From Macrostomum lignano (lineage: Eukaryota), in contig NIVC01000603.1 of NCBI GenBank assembly GCA_002269645.1, forward strand, positions 1 through 23,511: a stretch of 23,511 nt of DNA, read 5' to 3'. Each line of letters begins with the position of its first letter. Within the stretch, counting starts at the first letter, position 1. The notes beneath the pieces are model-generated. The model worked only from the letters and a program-made list of their open reading frames with translations, did not search any database and had not been told where the DNA came from. This document shows positions 1 to 11,100 of the stretch, one piece after another. A program made the translations under genes and the position numbers.

Positions 1-1555
1 GGGCTGAGCCAGATCCAAGTTCGATGCTTTAATCGCGGCTGAGCCAGATCCAAGTTCGATGCTTTAATCGGGCTGAGCCAGATCCAAGTTCGATGCTTTA
101 ATCGGGCTGAGCCAGATCCAAGTTCGATGCTTTAATCGGGCTGAGCCAGATCCAAGTTCGATGCTTTAATCGGGCTGAGCCAGATCAAGTTCGATGCTTT
201 AATCGGCTGAGCCAGATCCAAGTTCGATGCTTTAATCGGGCTGAGCCAGATCCAAGTTCGATGCTTTAATCGGCTGAGCCAGATCCAAGTTCGATGCTTT
301 AATCGGCTGAGCCAGATCCAAGTTCGATGCTTTAATCGGGCTGAGCCAGATCCAAGTTCGATGCTTTAATCGCGCTGAGCCAGATCCAAGTTCGATGCTT
401 TAATCGGGCTGAGCCAGATTCAAGTTCGATGCTTTAATCGGGCTGAGCCAGATCCAAGTTCGATGCTTTAATCGGGCTGAGCCAGATCCAAGTTCGATGC
501 TTTAATCGGGCTGAGCCAGATCCAAGTTCGATGCTTTAATCGGGCTGAGCCAGATCCAAGTTCGATGCTTTAATCGGGCTGAGCCAGATCCAAGTTCGAT
601 GCTTTAATCGGGCTGAGCCAGATCCAAGTTCGATGCTTTAATCGGGCTGAGCCAGATCCAAGTTCGATGCTTTAATCGGGCTGAGCCAGATCCAAGTTCG
701 ATGCTTTAATCGGGCTGAGCCAGATCCAAGTTCGATGCTTTAATCGCGCTGAGCCAGATCCAAGTTCGATGCTTTAATCGGGCTGAGCCAGATTCAAGTT
801 CGATGCTTTAATCGGGCTGAGCCAGATCCAAGTTCGATGCTTTAATCGGGCTGAGCCAGATCCAAGTTCGATGCTTTAATCGGGCTGAGCCAGATCCAAG
901 TTCGATGCTTTAATCGGGCTGAGCCAGATCCAAGTTCGATGCTTTAATCGGGCTGAGCCAGATCCAAGTTCGATGCTTTAATCGGGCTGAGCCAGATCCA
1001 AGTTCGATGCTTTAATCGGGCTGAGCCAGATCAAGTTCGATGCTTTAATCGGGCTGAGCCAGATCCAAGTTCGATGCTTTAATCGGGCTGAGCCAGATTC
1101 AAGTTCGATGCTTTAATCGGGCTGAGCCAGATCCAAGTTCGATGCTTTAATCGGGCTGAGCCAGATCCAAGTTCGATGCTTTAATCGGGCTGAGCCAGAT
1201 TCAAGTTCGATGCTTTAATCGGGCTGAGCCAGATCCAAGTTCGATGCTTTAATCGGGCTGAGCCAGATCCAAGTTCGATGCTTTAATCGGGCTGAGCCAG
1301 ATCCAAGTTCGATGCTTTAATCGGGCTGAGCCAGATCCAAGTTCGATGCTTTAATCGGGCTGAGCCAGATCCAAGTTCGATGCTTTAATCGGGCTGAGCC
1401 AGATCCAAGTTCGATGCTTTAATCGGGCTGAGCCAGATCCAAGTTCGATGCTTTAATCGGGCTGAGCCAGATCCAAGTTCGATGCTTTAATCGGGCTGAG
1501 CCAGATCCAAGTTCAATGCTTTAATCGGGCTGAGCCAGATCCAAGTTCGATGCTT
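1..1555. repeat. 34-bp tandem minisatellite, ~46 copies, truncated by window edge; lies in the intron after exon 6 of receptor copy B
   Basis: Unit GGGCTGAGCCAGATCCAAGTTCGATGCTTTAATC repeated head-to-tail with only sporadic 1-bp variants; no spacers. Confidence 0.99.
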
Positions 1556-1771
1556 GTGCAACATTTTTTTACAAATAAGAGAGTTGTTTGAGTTTTAAAC
1601 AACAAATAAAAAACACAATACCAACAACACAACGACAACATTATCTGTATCGAAACTTTTTAGTCAAGTGGAAACTTATTTTCTAAGTTTCTGTTGGGCT
1701 ATAACAAACATTTCAGATGAGTTAAAATGCCATTCTTTATCCATTCAATTTCAAATTGAAATGAAACTCAC

Positions 1772-2325
1772 ACAGCACGGTAACGAAGGTTGAAACTCGA
1801 GTGGAGTTCGCCTGGCAGGTGTAGCTGCCGGAGTGCTGCCGCAGCGCCCTGTTGATCCGCAGCTCCGGGCCCGCACTGCAGTTCCCATCTGGTTGGCACA
1901 GCTGCATGCCGCTTGTGTTGTTACCAATGATCTCCGAACCATTGAAGTACAGCGTGCAGCTCACTGCAAAACTGTCGTTCTCGGCTGCTGTTTGCGCATG
2001 CGAGGATGCTGAAAATGCAACACGTTATGGTTGCTTTTGTCTATTAATTGTATTTAAATATGGAGACAAGCAATGACACTCAGCTCACACAGCACTGTGA
2101 CGGAAGTTGACTCTGCGGCAGAGCCAAGCTGGCAGGTGTAGAGGCCAGAGTGCTGCGACTGTGCCTTCACAACCGACAGCTTCCGGGTTTTCGTGCAGTT
2201 TCCGTCTGGTTGGCACAGCTGCAGCTGCCTTGAGTTCGTGCTCAACTCCGTGCCGTTGCATAGAATGCATGAGCAGCTCACGTTGAAGCTTTCGTTTGCA
2301 GCAACAAGTTGGTCTGTCGATGGCA
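1772..2325 (-). other. Two tandem Ig-superfamily exons, 237 nt each, phase 1-1
   Basis: B-strand F.VSC, F-strand HSG.YTCQ and G-strand T.VTVL in both; both share QLCQPDGNC. Confidence 0.85.
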
Positions 2326-3938
2326 CTGCAAATCAAGTCATATAAATTTATACTTTAATGCTATAATGCTATTTACCGTGGGAGTTTTCGTGTCATTCAT
2401 GACCCATGAAGGCCAGCCCCCAATGCACAGAGAGTGCACAAGCCTGATGACTAGAAAGTCAGGCCAAAGCTCACAATATTATCAGATATTTTCATGCCAC
2501 TTTTGAGGCTTCTCTGGTCTTCAAGTGCTTTGGAAAAGTCCACAGCCTCACCCAGGCGCACTGTCTGCAGCGTCAGATCTGAGACGCTCAGATAGCCGTA
2601 GTCTCTGGATGAGAAGCTCAGGCTGACGTTTCTCCTGAGGAGCAGATACCGGACCTGGGATGTTGCACTCAACATTTTGAGATCCGAGTGAGATGAACTA
2701 ATTAAGCACATAATCTCTGTAGCATCAATGCTCACCTCTGCAAGACAGTCCACCATGTAGAGCCCACCACGCGTGCTACTCATCGACCTATTTGTAGTGA
2801 CACCGCAACGCTTCCAACTGCTCCGGTATTTATTAAACTGTTTGCTCATATTTTTTGAGTTGCAATGGTTGCCAGAAAACAGTTGCTCCTCTGAGTTCGA
2901 AGTCCAGATCTCGATGCCAGCTGAGCTGCGGAACATTTCAGCATCCGAGAAGACTGAAATTATTGCCAGAACAACGAGATTGTAAAAATACCGGAAGAAA
3001 GAGGGTTTCAGGAATGCTGCTACCTCAGTTATTTTGTTTCAAAAAGCAGCTGCTGTTTTTTATGAAACCAACCAACTAGCCAAGAGTCCTGCTTGGACTC
3101 AACCGCAGGGACATCAGGGCCGTGACCATGGACCTCTCGGGTCATGGCTGTTTTGCCAGGCATCGTTACCTTCAGGAAAAATCCGTAGCGAGGAATGATG
3201 CCCTTTCTGCCTCTCCGGTGTCGAGAATGCGGAGCACTTCATCTGTGAATGCTCCGCCTTTACTCAGGACAGCCTTCACCTACCTCGGCCAAACCCGGAC
3301 CTCTCCGACGTTTTCAGGCCCGAGAATCTCTGCCAGCTCGTCCGCTACCTAAGGGCTACCGCGCTGCGGACACTGGCACCACCGGATCTCCCTGCAGAAC
3401 ACCGCAGCACCAGCTTCCCTGGTCGCCAGGGGTTCGCAAAATGGGCGGCGACGCCTCGCTGCATCCGGATGCCCGGACCCCTGAAGCTATGTCAAGTAAG
3501 TTAACCAACTAGTCAATCAGTGCTTCATAAAACTGGTCTGTGGTGTAACTCACCCTCGCTGTCCTTCACTGTCACAGAACCGATGAGCACTGACTCACTC
3601 AGCTGCACAGCGAACCAGTGAAATCCGCTATCGTTAAAATGCTTTTTGTCATTGCTGTGAATGAACTGAAAACTTTGGCTTGTGTTCAGAACATTGCTCT
3701 CATTCAGCTGGTCTCTCTCGTGAAAGCAAGAATAGGAATAAGAGGACTGCCAGGCGTTGAGTACAGTCTTGTTGCGAATCGGCACCTCACCTGCAACATA
3801 GGAACTTGAGAAGTTAGAAATCCATTTCGCTTGAAAAAACACCCTGGAGGGTTTAAAAAGCTTTCACTTACAGTCGCAGCGACAGGTAGCGATGCAGAGC
3901 ACAGCCCCTAACAGGGATATCAGCGTTGCAGCTTCCAT
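1772..3938 (-). CDS. Receptor copy B, exons 1-6 (3' part outside window): signal peptide + F-type-lectin-like domain + 2 Ig domains, ~355 aa
   Basis: Exons 3938-3872, 3790-3554, 2920-2736, 2654-2552, 2325-2089, 2008-1772. All introns GT..AG with matching phases (1,1,0,1,1) and no stops; three are 80-81 nt. N-terminus MEAATLISLLGAVLCIATCRCD is signal-peptide-like; at least 15 N-x-S/T sequons. Confidence 0.85.
2552..3790 (-). other. Divergent F-type lectin / F5/8 type C-like domain (exons 2-4 of copy B)
   Basis: Order of motifs NAWQSS ... FIHS ... HWFAVQL....IGSVTV ... GIEIWTSNS ... C ... VRYLLL ... YLSVSDLTL parallels the FTLD pattern A.QSS / THT / WW.VDL / V.I.NR / EI.VG / GRYV / L.LCEV.V. 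By-eye match only. Confidence 0.5.
3080..3502 (+). mobile_element. 5'-truncated non-LTR retrotransposon (3' end of ORF2, LOA/R1/I-like CCHC region) in intron 2 of copy B
   Basis: 10-bp TSD AACCAACTAG at 3070-3079 and 3503-3512. Across frameshifts it translates [22 protein letters not shown]...[21 protein letters not shown]...LVRYLRAT; ends in AAGTAAGT. Confidence 0.85.
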
Positions 3939-4559
3939 GAGACACTTGCTGATCACTTCAAAGCAATTCTGCCGTTAGTACAACAAGCGCAGCAAAAAGA
4001 ATCCATTTTGTGTCGTGGCTTTTTTATATGGCTGCAGAAACCATTGATGCGGGGCTGCAGTCGCAAGTTCTGTTCCGGCAGGTGGTGACTACAAGTTCCA
4101 TCTGTGTATAAGACTGCAAGTTGAAACAAAATGTTTACAAACTCTCTGTCTGGCTGCAGCTTAGCCAAACTGAACTTGGCTTGGAATAAGCGACGAAAAT
4201 CATATTTGGGTTTCCTGGCTCCGATGGGTCGGGGACTGAGTTTGCTTGGCCGTCTCTGCAGGTACAAATGTCGCATTATGTAATTTAACAAATGACACCA
4301 CTTGAACATATTCTTTTGTTTCAAGAAAAATGGATATGAAGTATGATGAGAAATGATCTGGATGAAGACTCGGAAAATCCGATTAAATTTAACAAACTTT
4401 TACTGTTAACAGACTGAAATATCATTCAAAAAGAATATTTGATTTCAATTAATCAGTTTAGAAAGAAGAGAAAGCATTGATACAAGCGTAGGGACAAATT
4501 GGAATGAATTATCGATATTCGGCTATTGATTAAGTTTAAAATCTTTCATACGCACGTAC

Positions 4560-6220
4560 ACGGATTCATGTATTCTCACAGTTACACTTGCGCTCTCACA
4601 AGGTGTCTGATCGTCAGGCATGTACAGCCCGCGTTTGTAAGCCCAGATGAGTTGGGGGTCGTTTAAGCCGCCTTCAAACGCACCAGCACAAATCACATGT
4701 CATCACACTGAAATTGGCCTCATTATCAATTACACGGTGCACTCGCTCTCAGATTCCCAGTTAATCGTTGAGACCGAAAGCGCAGCCGGAAGCTCTGAGC
4801 ATAGCTGTACTCCAGGGGGGTTGCTGGGCTCAAGGGGTTGCTGGGGATGAACTTTTGGGAAACGAAGTTACGAAATTGTTTGAGCTTTCCAGATACCAAA
4901 TAGGCACTTTGTATTTGCTTAAACCAACAAGAAAATTGAGCCTAAATGATACGCATCCGTATGTACCATCAGTAGGTACCATGGCGGAGCCAGCATCTTG
5001 AGGTTCTTCATCTGCGGCTGCTTGCTGTGTGGCTTTCAAAGAATTGCGAAGTCGGCTGCAATTTAGCTGCACACGCTGCTGTTCTGTTCCAAGTTCAGCT
5101 CGAGTCGCCGTCACTTCAGACAGGTTTTGGCAGGTCTTCGGCCTCAACACAGTGATAGACAAGTTCGACGGAGGGTTTGCATAGGAAGGCCAAATCGGTA
5201 ATTGCTTCACAGTTGAACACAGAATGCTCTCAAAACAGGGATCGGCCTCTTGCTCGATAAACATCTCACTCAGCAACAGTGACAGAAGCTGCCCTAGAGG
5301 ACATTCTGTTTCTCAAACTTAGCAGATCTTGTCTCTGTGCCATTCTTAGCAGATCTTCTCAATCTGCTCGGTTCTTGCAGGATCTTCTAAGATGGGAGGT
5401 ACATTTGTTTTGTTATTCATGTGGCTAAAGTGTTCTAGCTGAACTAATATTTTATTTTATTACAAAATGGGACAATAAATTTAAGAAAATATGCGATTCG
5501 AAGCTATAAAAAATATAAAAGCTAAGATCTTGTACGATGTAGCAAGTCGCACAGATCTGGTAAGTTTACCTAAGTATTATTATAGCGAAGATCTTGCACG
5601 TTCTTGCAAGTACTTGCGCAGCAACCCAAGAAGATAGACAAGATCTGCTAAGAATCAACAAGCCAATGTCTTCTAGGGTGAGCTGTTAGCAGAGCCCAGC
5701 TGGCAAGTGTCGCGTCCTGTGTTCCGAGTGCTGCGACTTTCAGTTGTAGAGAGGCGGCTGTGGGCACCCTGACGCACTTTAAGCGACATTGTCACACAAC
5801 CGGCGAGAGGCATTTCTGCCCATTCCGCTGACTCCCCTGAGCAGGCACACAAGCGCGCGGATACGTACGCAGTCATACGCACAGGCACACACTCACACAG
5901 GAGTGTACAGCGGCCCTAACTTTATTTATCGTCAGGCATTTACACTTCACTGTGCCTTGTGGGTTGGCACTCAAGGGCGTAAATTGCACGAGCAGAGCCA
6001 AGTCGAGATTCCAATTTAGCCCAAATTTGATGTGACTGCACTTGGAATCGAGCCTGGGCCGCTGGCACATGAGAGACCACTAGGATGCGGCCTCCCCTGC
6101 TGCCGTGACTGGGTTGACAGAGCTGCAGATTGCTGTTGAACTCTGAGTCGTTGCAGTATGCAGTGAGCAGTTCACCGTTGTGTTTGGGTTCACAGCTTAC
6201 TTGTGAGTGAGTAGGAATGG
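4560..6220 (-). pseudogene. Decayed third paralog fragment of the receptor (Ig-like and stalk exons)
   Basis: Remnants QVSC...NSNLQLCQP (from acceptor at 6221), TCQLGSANSSASVTV (split by MITE), PPSNLSITVLRPKTCQNLSEV (matches copy A exon 7 PPSSASISVLNLPTCESSSDV; acceptor reads AA at 5177-5178 instead of AG), GGLNDPQLIW (~4645-4670). Outer boundaries approximate. Confidence 0.7.
5292..5678. mobile_element. 387-bp non-autonomous DNA transposon (MITE), CMC/EnSpm-like
   Basis: TIR CCCTAGA(G/A)GACATT (13/14) plus inner 17-bp perfect inverted repeat CTTAGCAGATCTTGTCT; several subterminal AGATCT-core motifs; 2-bp TSD TG (5290-5291, 5679-5680). CMC elements have CAC/CCC termini and 2-4 bp TSDs. Confidence 0.8.
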
Positions 6221-6566
6221 CTAAAATACTCGTAGAGTTTCCTTTGCATTATTGAAGTAGGGTGCATACATATTAACTATATTACTCGTAAGTAGCTAAC
6301 CTAGCATCTATTTTCCCAACTAATCACAAAATTCCCCGTTTAAAATTGTTTGAATAATCTCTTTTGTTTTAATTTCATCTTTTGTTTAAATTTTCCTTTT
6401 TGTTAATATGAACTCCCCAACCCCTTCTAAATTAGTATAAATACAAGCGACTTGAGGCAAGTTCTGCTAACTCTCGTTCGGCCTAAAAATTGAAAGGCAA
6501 GAAAAGGGAATCTTCTAGCTTGGCGTTTAAGGCTTAGTTCTTTACAGACGAATAGGGGAAATAGGC

Positions 6567-7041
6567 AAATCGAGGTCGTTTTGACCCAGAAAATTGTGTA
6601 AATCGAGGTCGTCTTGACCCAGAAAATTGTGTAAATCGAGGTCGTCTTGACCCAGAAAATTGTGTAAATCGAGGTCGTCTTGACCCAGAAAATTGTGTAA
6701 ATCGAGGTCGTCTTGACCCAGAAAATTGTGTAAATCGAGGTCGTCTTGACCCAGAAAATTGTGTAAATCGAGGTCGTCTTGACCCAGAAAATTGTGTAAA
6801 TCGAGGTCGTCTTGACCCAGAAATAAGTGTAAATCGAGGTCGTCTTGACCCAGAAATAAGTGTAAATCGAGGTCGTCTTGACCCAGAAATAAGTGTAAAT
6901 CGAGGTCGTCTTGACCCAAAAATAGTGCAAATCAAAGTCTTGTTGACTCAGAATAGGAGTCTGGAGTAGGGAGAACTTGAGGTCGTGGAGACCCAGAATA
7001 GGAGCCTGAGATAGGGGAAACTAGAGGTCGTGCAGACCCTA
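6567..7041. repeat. 33-bp tandem repeat (11 units, 6567-6929) grading into diverged 32-bp and 45-bp units
   Basis: Unit AAATCGAGGTCGTCTTGACCCAGAAAATTGTGT; units 1-7 carry AAAATT, units 8-10 AAATAA; distal units keep the GAGGTCG..GACCC core. Confidence 0.97.
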
Positions 7042-7490
7042 AGAAAGCCGTACAAGCTAATAATAGATATTAGGCGCTAAGGAATTAGGCAATAGGGGGC
7101 TATCGTTGGACACCCTTGATCCTCGGAAAACTTTCGGACTTTCGGACTTAGTTAGGGAACCGCTCGGGCACTAAACGCTATCACGAGGCTCTTTTAAGAA
7201 AACCGCGTGAACTAGAGATTTGTAGGAAAGAATCATAGTTTGGGGCATTCAACGCTACTTAAAGTAGACTATTAGGGGATTAATCGGTAGGATTTTAGCT
7301 AGGAACAAATAGGTATGTTACATTATTATTAAGCATCTTCGCTTAATGATGAAACTTCATTAAACTAATTATTTCAAACAGACAGGAACAGCTGAACTTT
7401 ATTCGAAACTTTGCTTGATTGCCTCGAACAAACAGACGCGAATTTAATTTTAAACAGCCTCAGTTTGTGGTCTTTCTACATGTACTGCAG

Positions 7491-7587
7491 GTTATGATGT
7501 AATTTTAGCATTTTTTAAACCGGTTCTACTGCTATGGCCTTCAATCGGCATTGTTGCATTGTTAATTTGGTATTATGTTAATAAAAA
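7491..7587 (+). other. Possible orphan exon encoding a transmembrane segment
   Basis: ACTGCAG| acceptor, |GTAAGT donor at 7588; open frame YDVILAFFKPVLLLWPSIGIVALLIWYYVNK. AT-rich DNA readily yields hydrophobic peptides; partner exons not established. Confidence 0.3.
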
Positions 7588-8196
7588 GTAAGTTGAGTAA
7601 TTAAAAAATAAAATTTAATAAATAAATATATATAATATGTATAGAATAATATAACAACAACAACAACAACAGAGTACGCTGCCGGATCACAAAAGCAACG
7701 TCAGATTAATATATTAATTATTAATTAATATAAAATAAATTTACCAAATTTTATATCCCAAATTTTGGTATGGTGTTATAAATTTGATCAAATGAAAAGT
7801 CAGTCTAATGAAAAAAATGTTTAAAACATCAAGAGACCTTCAGTGTTTAGCCTTTGTATTTTAGGCCAGATATGATGTAGTAATGTAGCTTCGAACAGAT
7901 AGGTTTTTTGCATTATCTATTACTATTGTATATAATACAATGTTTATTGGCAAAAAGGTGAATTGTGAATAAATTCTGAAAAAACTATCAAAAGAATTTT
8001 GCTTCTGTATCAAACAGATCAGGTGATATTGGTAATTGTACTGTCGGCTTCAAAACTGCTTTACAGTATTCGGGAGTGCTGCGTCCTTATTTCTAATGTG
8101 TATCAAGCGCAGTAAAATAAAATATATTGGCCTATGAGTACGGTAAATATAGCTCTGGGATAAACACATCCTCATGAACTGAGAACAATAAATCGA

Positions 8197-11100
8197 ATTA
8201 GGCTCAGGATCAGGATCAGGATTAGGATCAGGATCAGGATCAGGATCAGAATCAGGATCAGCATCAGGATCAAGATCAAGATCAGGATCAGGATCGTGAG
8301 CGGGATCAGGATCATAAGCGGGATCAGGATCAGAATCAGGATCAGCATCAGGATCAAGATCAAGATCAGGATCAGGATCGTGAGCGGGATCAGGATCATA
8401 AGCGGGATCAGGATCATGAGCGGGATCAGGATCAGGATCGGGAGCGGGATCAGGATCAGGATCAGGATCAGGATCAGGACAAGATCAGCATCGGGATCAA
8501 AATCAGGATCAGGATCAGGATCAGGATCAGGACCAGGATCAGGACCAGGATCAGGATCAGGATCAGGATCAGGATCAAGATCAAGATCAGGATCAGGATC
8601 AGGATCAGGACACGATCAGAATCAGGATCAGGATCAGGATCAGAATCAGGAACAAGATCAGGATCAGGATCAAGACAGGATCAGCATCAGGATCAAAATC
8701 AGGATCAGAATCAGGATCAGGATCAGGACAGGATCAGGATCAGGATCAAAATCAGGATCAGGATCAGGATCAGGATCAGGATCAGGATCAGGATCAGGAC
8801 ACGATCAGGATCAGGATCAGGATCAGGATCAGGATCAGGATTAGGATCAAGATCAGGATCAGGATCAGGTTCGGGATCAGGATCAGGATCAGGATCAGGA
8901 TCAGGTTCGGGATCAGAATCAGGATCAGGATCAGGATCAGGATCGGGATCAGGATCAGGATCAGGATCCAGGATCAGGATCCAGGATCAGGATCAAGATC
9001 AAGATCAAGATCAGGATCAGGATCGGGATCAGGATCAGGACAGGATCAGCATCAGGATCAAGATCAGGATCAGGATCAGGACAGGATCAGGACCAGGATC
9101 ATGAGCGGGATCAGGATCATGAGCGGGATCAGGATCATGAGCGGGATCAGGATCATGAGCGGGATCAGGATCAGGATCGGGAGCGGGATCAGGATCAGGA
9201 TCAGGACAGGATCAGGACCAGGATCAGGATCAGGATCAGGATCAGGACACGATCAGAATCAGGATCAGGATCAGGATCAGAATCAGGAACAAGATCAGGA
9301 TCAGGATCAGGATCAGGATCAGGATCAGGACAGGATCAGCATCAGGATCAAAATCAGGATCAGAATCAGGATCAGGATCAGGACAGGATCAGGATCAGGA
9401 TCAAAATCAGGATCAGGATCAGGATCAGGATCAAGATCAGGATCAGGACACGATCAGGATCAGGATCAGGATCAGGATCAGAATCAGGAACAAGATCAGG
9501 ACAGGATCAGCATCAGGATCAAGATCAAGATCAGGATCAGGATCGGGAGCGGGATCAGGATCAGGATCAGGATCAGGATCAGGACAGGATCAGCATCAGG
9601 ATCAAAATCAGGATCAGGATCAGGATCAAGATCAAGATCAGGATCAGGATCGGGAGCGGGATCAAGATCAGGATCAGGATCAGGATCAGGACAGGATCAG
9701 CATCAGGATCAAAATCAGGATCAGGATCAGGATCAGGATCAGGATCGGGATCTGGATCAGGATCAGGATCAAGATCAAGATCAGGATCAGGATCGGGATC
9801 AGGATCAAGATCAGGATCAGGATCAGGTTCGGGATCAGGATCAGGATCAGGATCAGGATCAGGTTCGGGATCAGAATGAGGATCAGGATCAGGTTCGGGA
9901 TCAGAATGAGGATCAGGATCAGGACACGATCAGGATCAGGACAGGATTGGGACAGGATCGGGACAGGATCAGGATCAGGATCAGGATCAAGATCAGGATC
10001 AGGATCAGGATCGGGATCAGGATCAGGATCAGGATCAGGATCAGGATCAGGATCAGGATCAGGATCGGGAGCAGGATCAGGATCAAGATCAGGATCAGGA
10101 TCGGGATCAGGATCAGGATCAGGATCAGGATCAGGATAAGCATCAGGATCAGGATCAGAATCAGGATCAGGACCAGTATCAGGATCAGGATCAGGATAAG
10201 CATCAGGATCAGGATCAGAATCAGGATCAGGACCAGTATCAGGATCAGGACCAGTATCAGGATCAAGATCAGGATCGGGATCAGGATCAGGATCAGGATC
10301 AGGATCAGGATCAAGATCAAGATCAGGATCAGGATCGGGATCAGGATCAGGATCAGGATCAAGATCAAGATCAGGATCAGGATCGGGATCAGGATCAGGA
10401 TCAGGATCAGGATCAGGATCAGGATCAAGATCAAGATCAAGATCAGGATCGGGATCAGGATCAAGATCAGGATCAGGATCAGGTTCGGGATCAGAATCAG
10501 GATCAGGATCAGGACACGATCAGGATCAGGACAGGATTGGGACAGGATCGGGACAGGATCAGGATCAGGATCAGGATCAGGATCAAGATCAGGATCAGGA
10601 TCAGGATCAGGACAGGATCAGCATCAGGATCAAGATCAGGATCAGGATCAGGATCAGGATCAGGATCAGGATCAGGATCAGGATCAGGATTAGGATCAAG
10701 ATCAGGATCAGGATCAGGTTCGGGATCAGGATCAGGATCAGGATCAGGATCAGGTTCGGGATCAGAATCAGGATCAGGATCAGGATTAGGATCAAGATCA
10801 GGATCAGGATCAGGTTCGGGATCAGGATCAGGATCAGGATCAGGATCAGGTTCGGGATCAGAATCAGGATCAGGATCAGGATCAGGATCGGGATCAGGAT
10901 CATGAGCGGGATCAGGATCATGAGCGGGATCAGGATCATGAGCGGGATCAGGATCAGGATCGGGAGCGGGATCAGGATCAGGATCAGGACAGGATCAGGA
11001 CCAGGATCAGGATCAGGATCAGGATCAGGACACGATCAGAATCAGGATCAGGATCAGGATCAGAATCAGGAACAAGATCAGGATCAGGATCAGGATCAGG

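Noticed and set aside
1-1555. CRISPR array (34-bp repeat length)
   Set aside because: No spacers, no cas genes, spliced eukaryotic context.
2451-2936. 161-aa ORF (and 21627-22112) as one exon
   Set aside because: Better explained as exons 3 and 4 with an in-frame 81-nt intron; a phase-1 donor at 2551 is needed to join the Ig exon.
3953-4324. 123-aa minus ORF upstream of copy B (and 23182-23400)
   Set aside because: Upstream of the signal-peptide ATG, frame not conserved between copies, no recognisable motif.
6427-6935. 11-aa repeat proteins in three minus frames
   Set aside because: All frames open only because of the 33-bp unit; no preferred frame, no splice or start context.
8130-8178. 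Alternative terminal exon beyond the hexamer array (acceptor TTGTTCTCAG at 8179)
   Set aside because: No convincing upstream donor in matching phase; exon 10 already ends in a stop.
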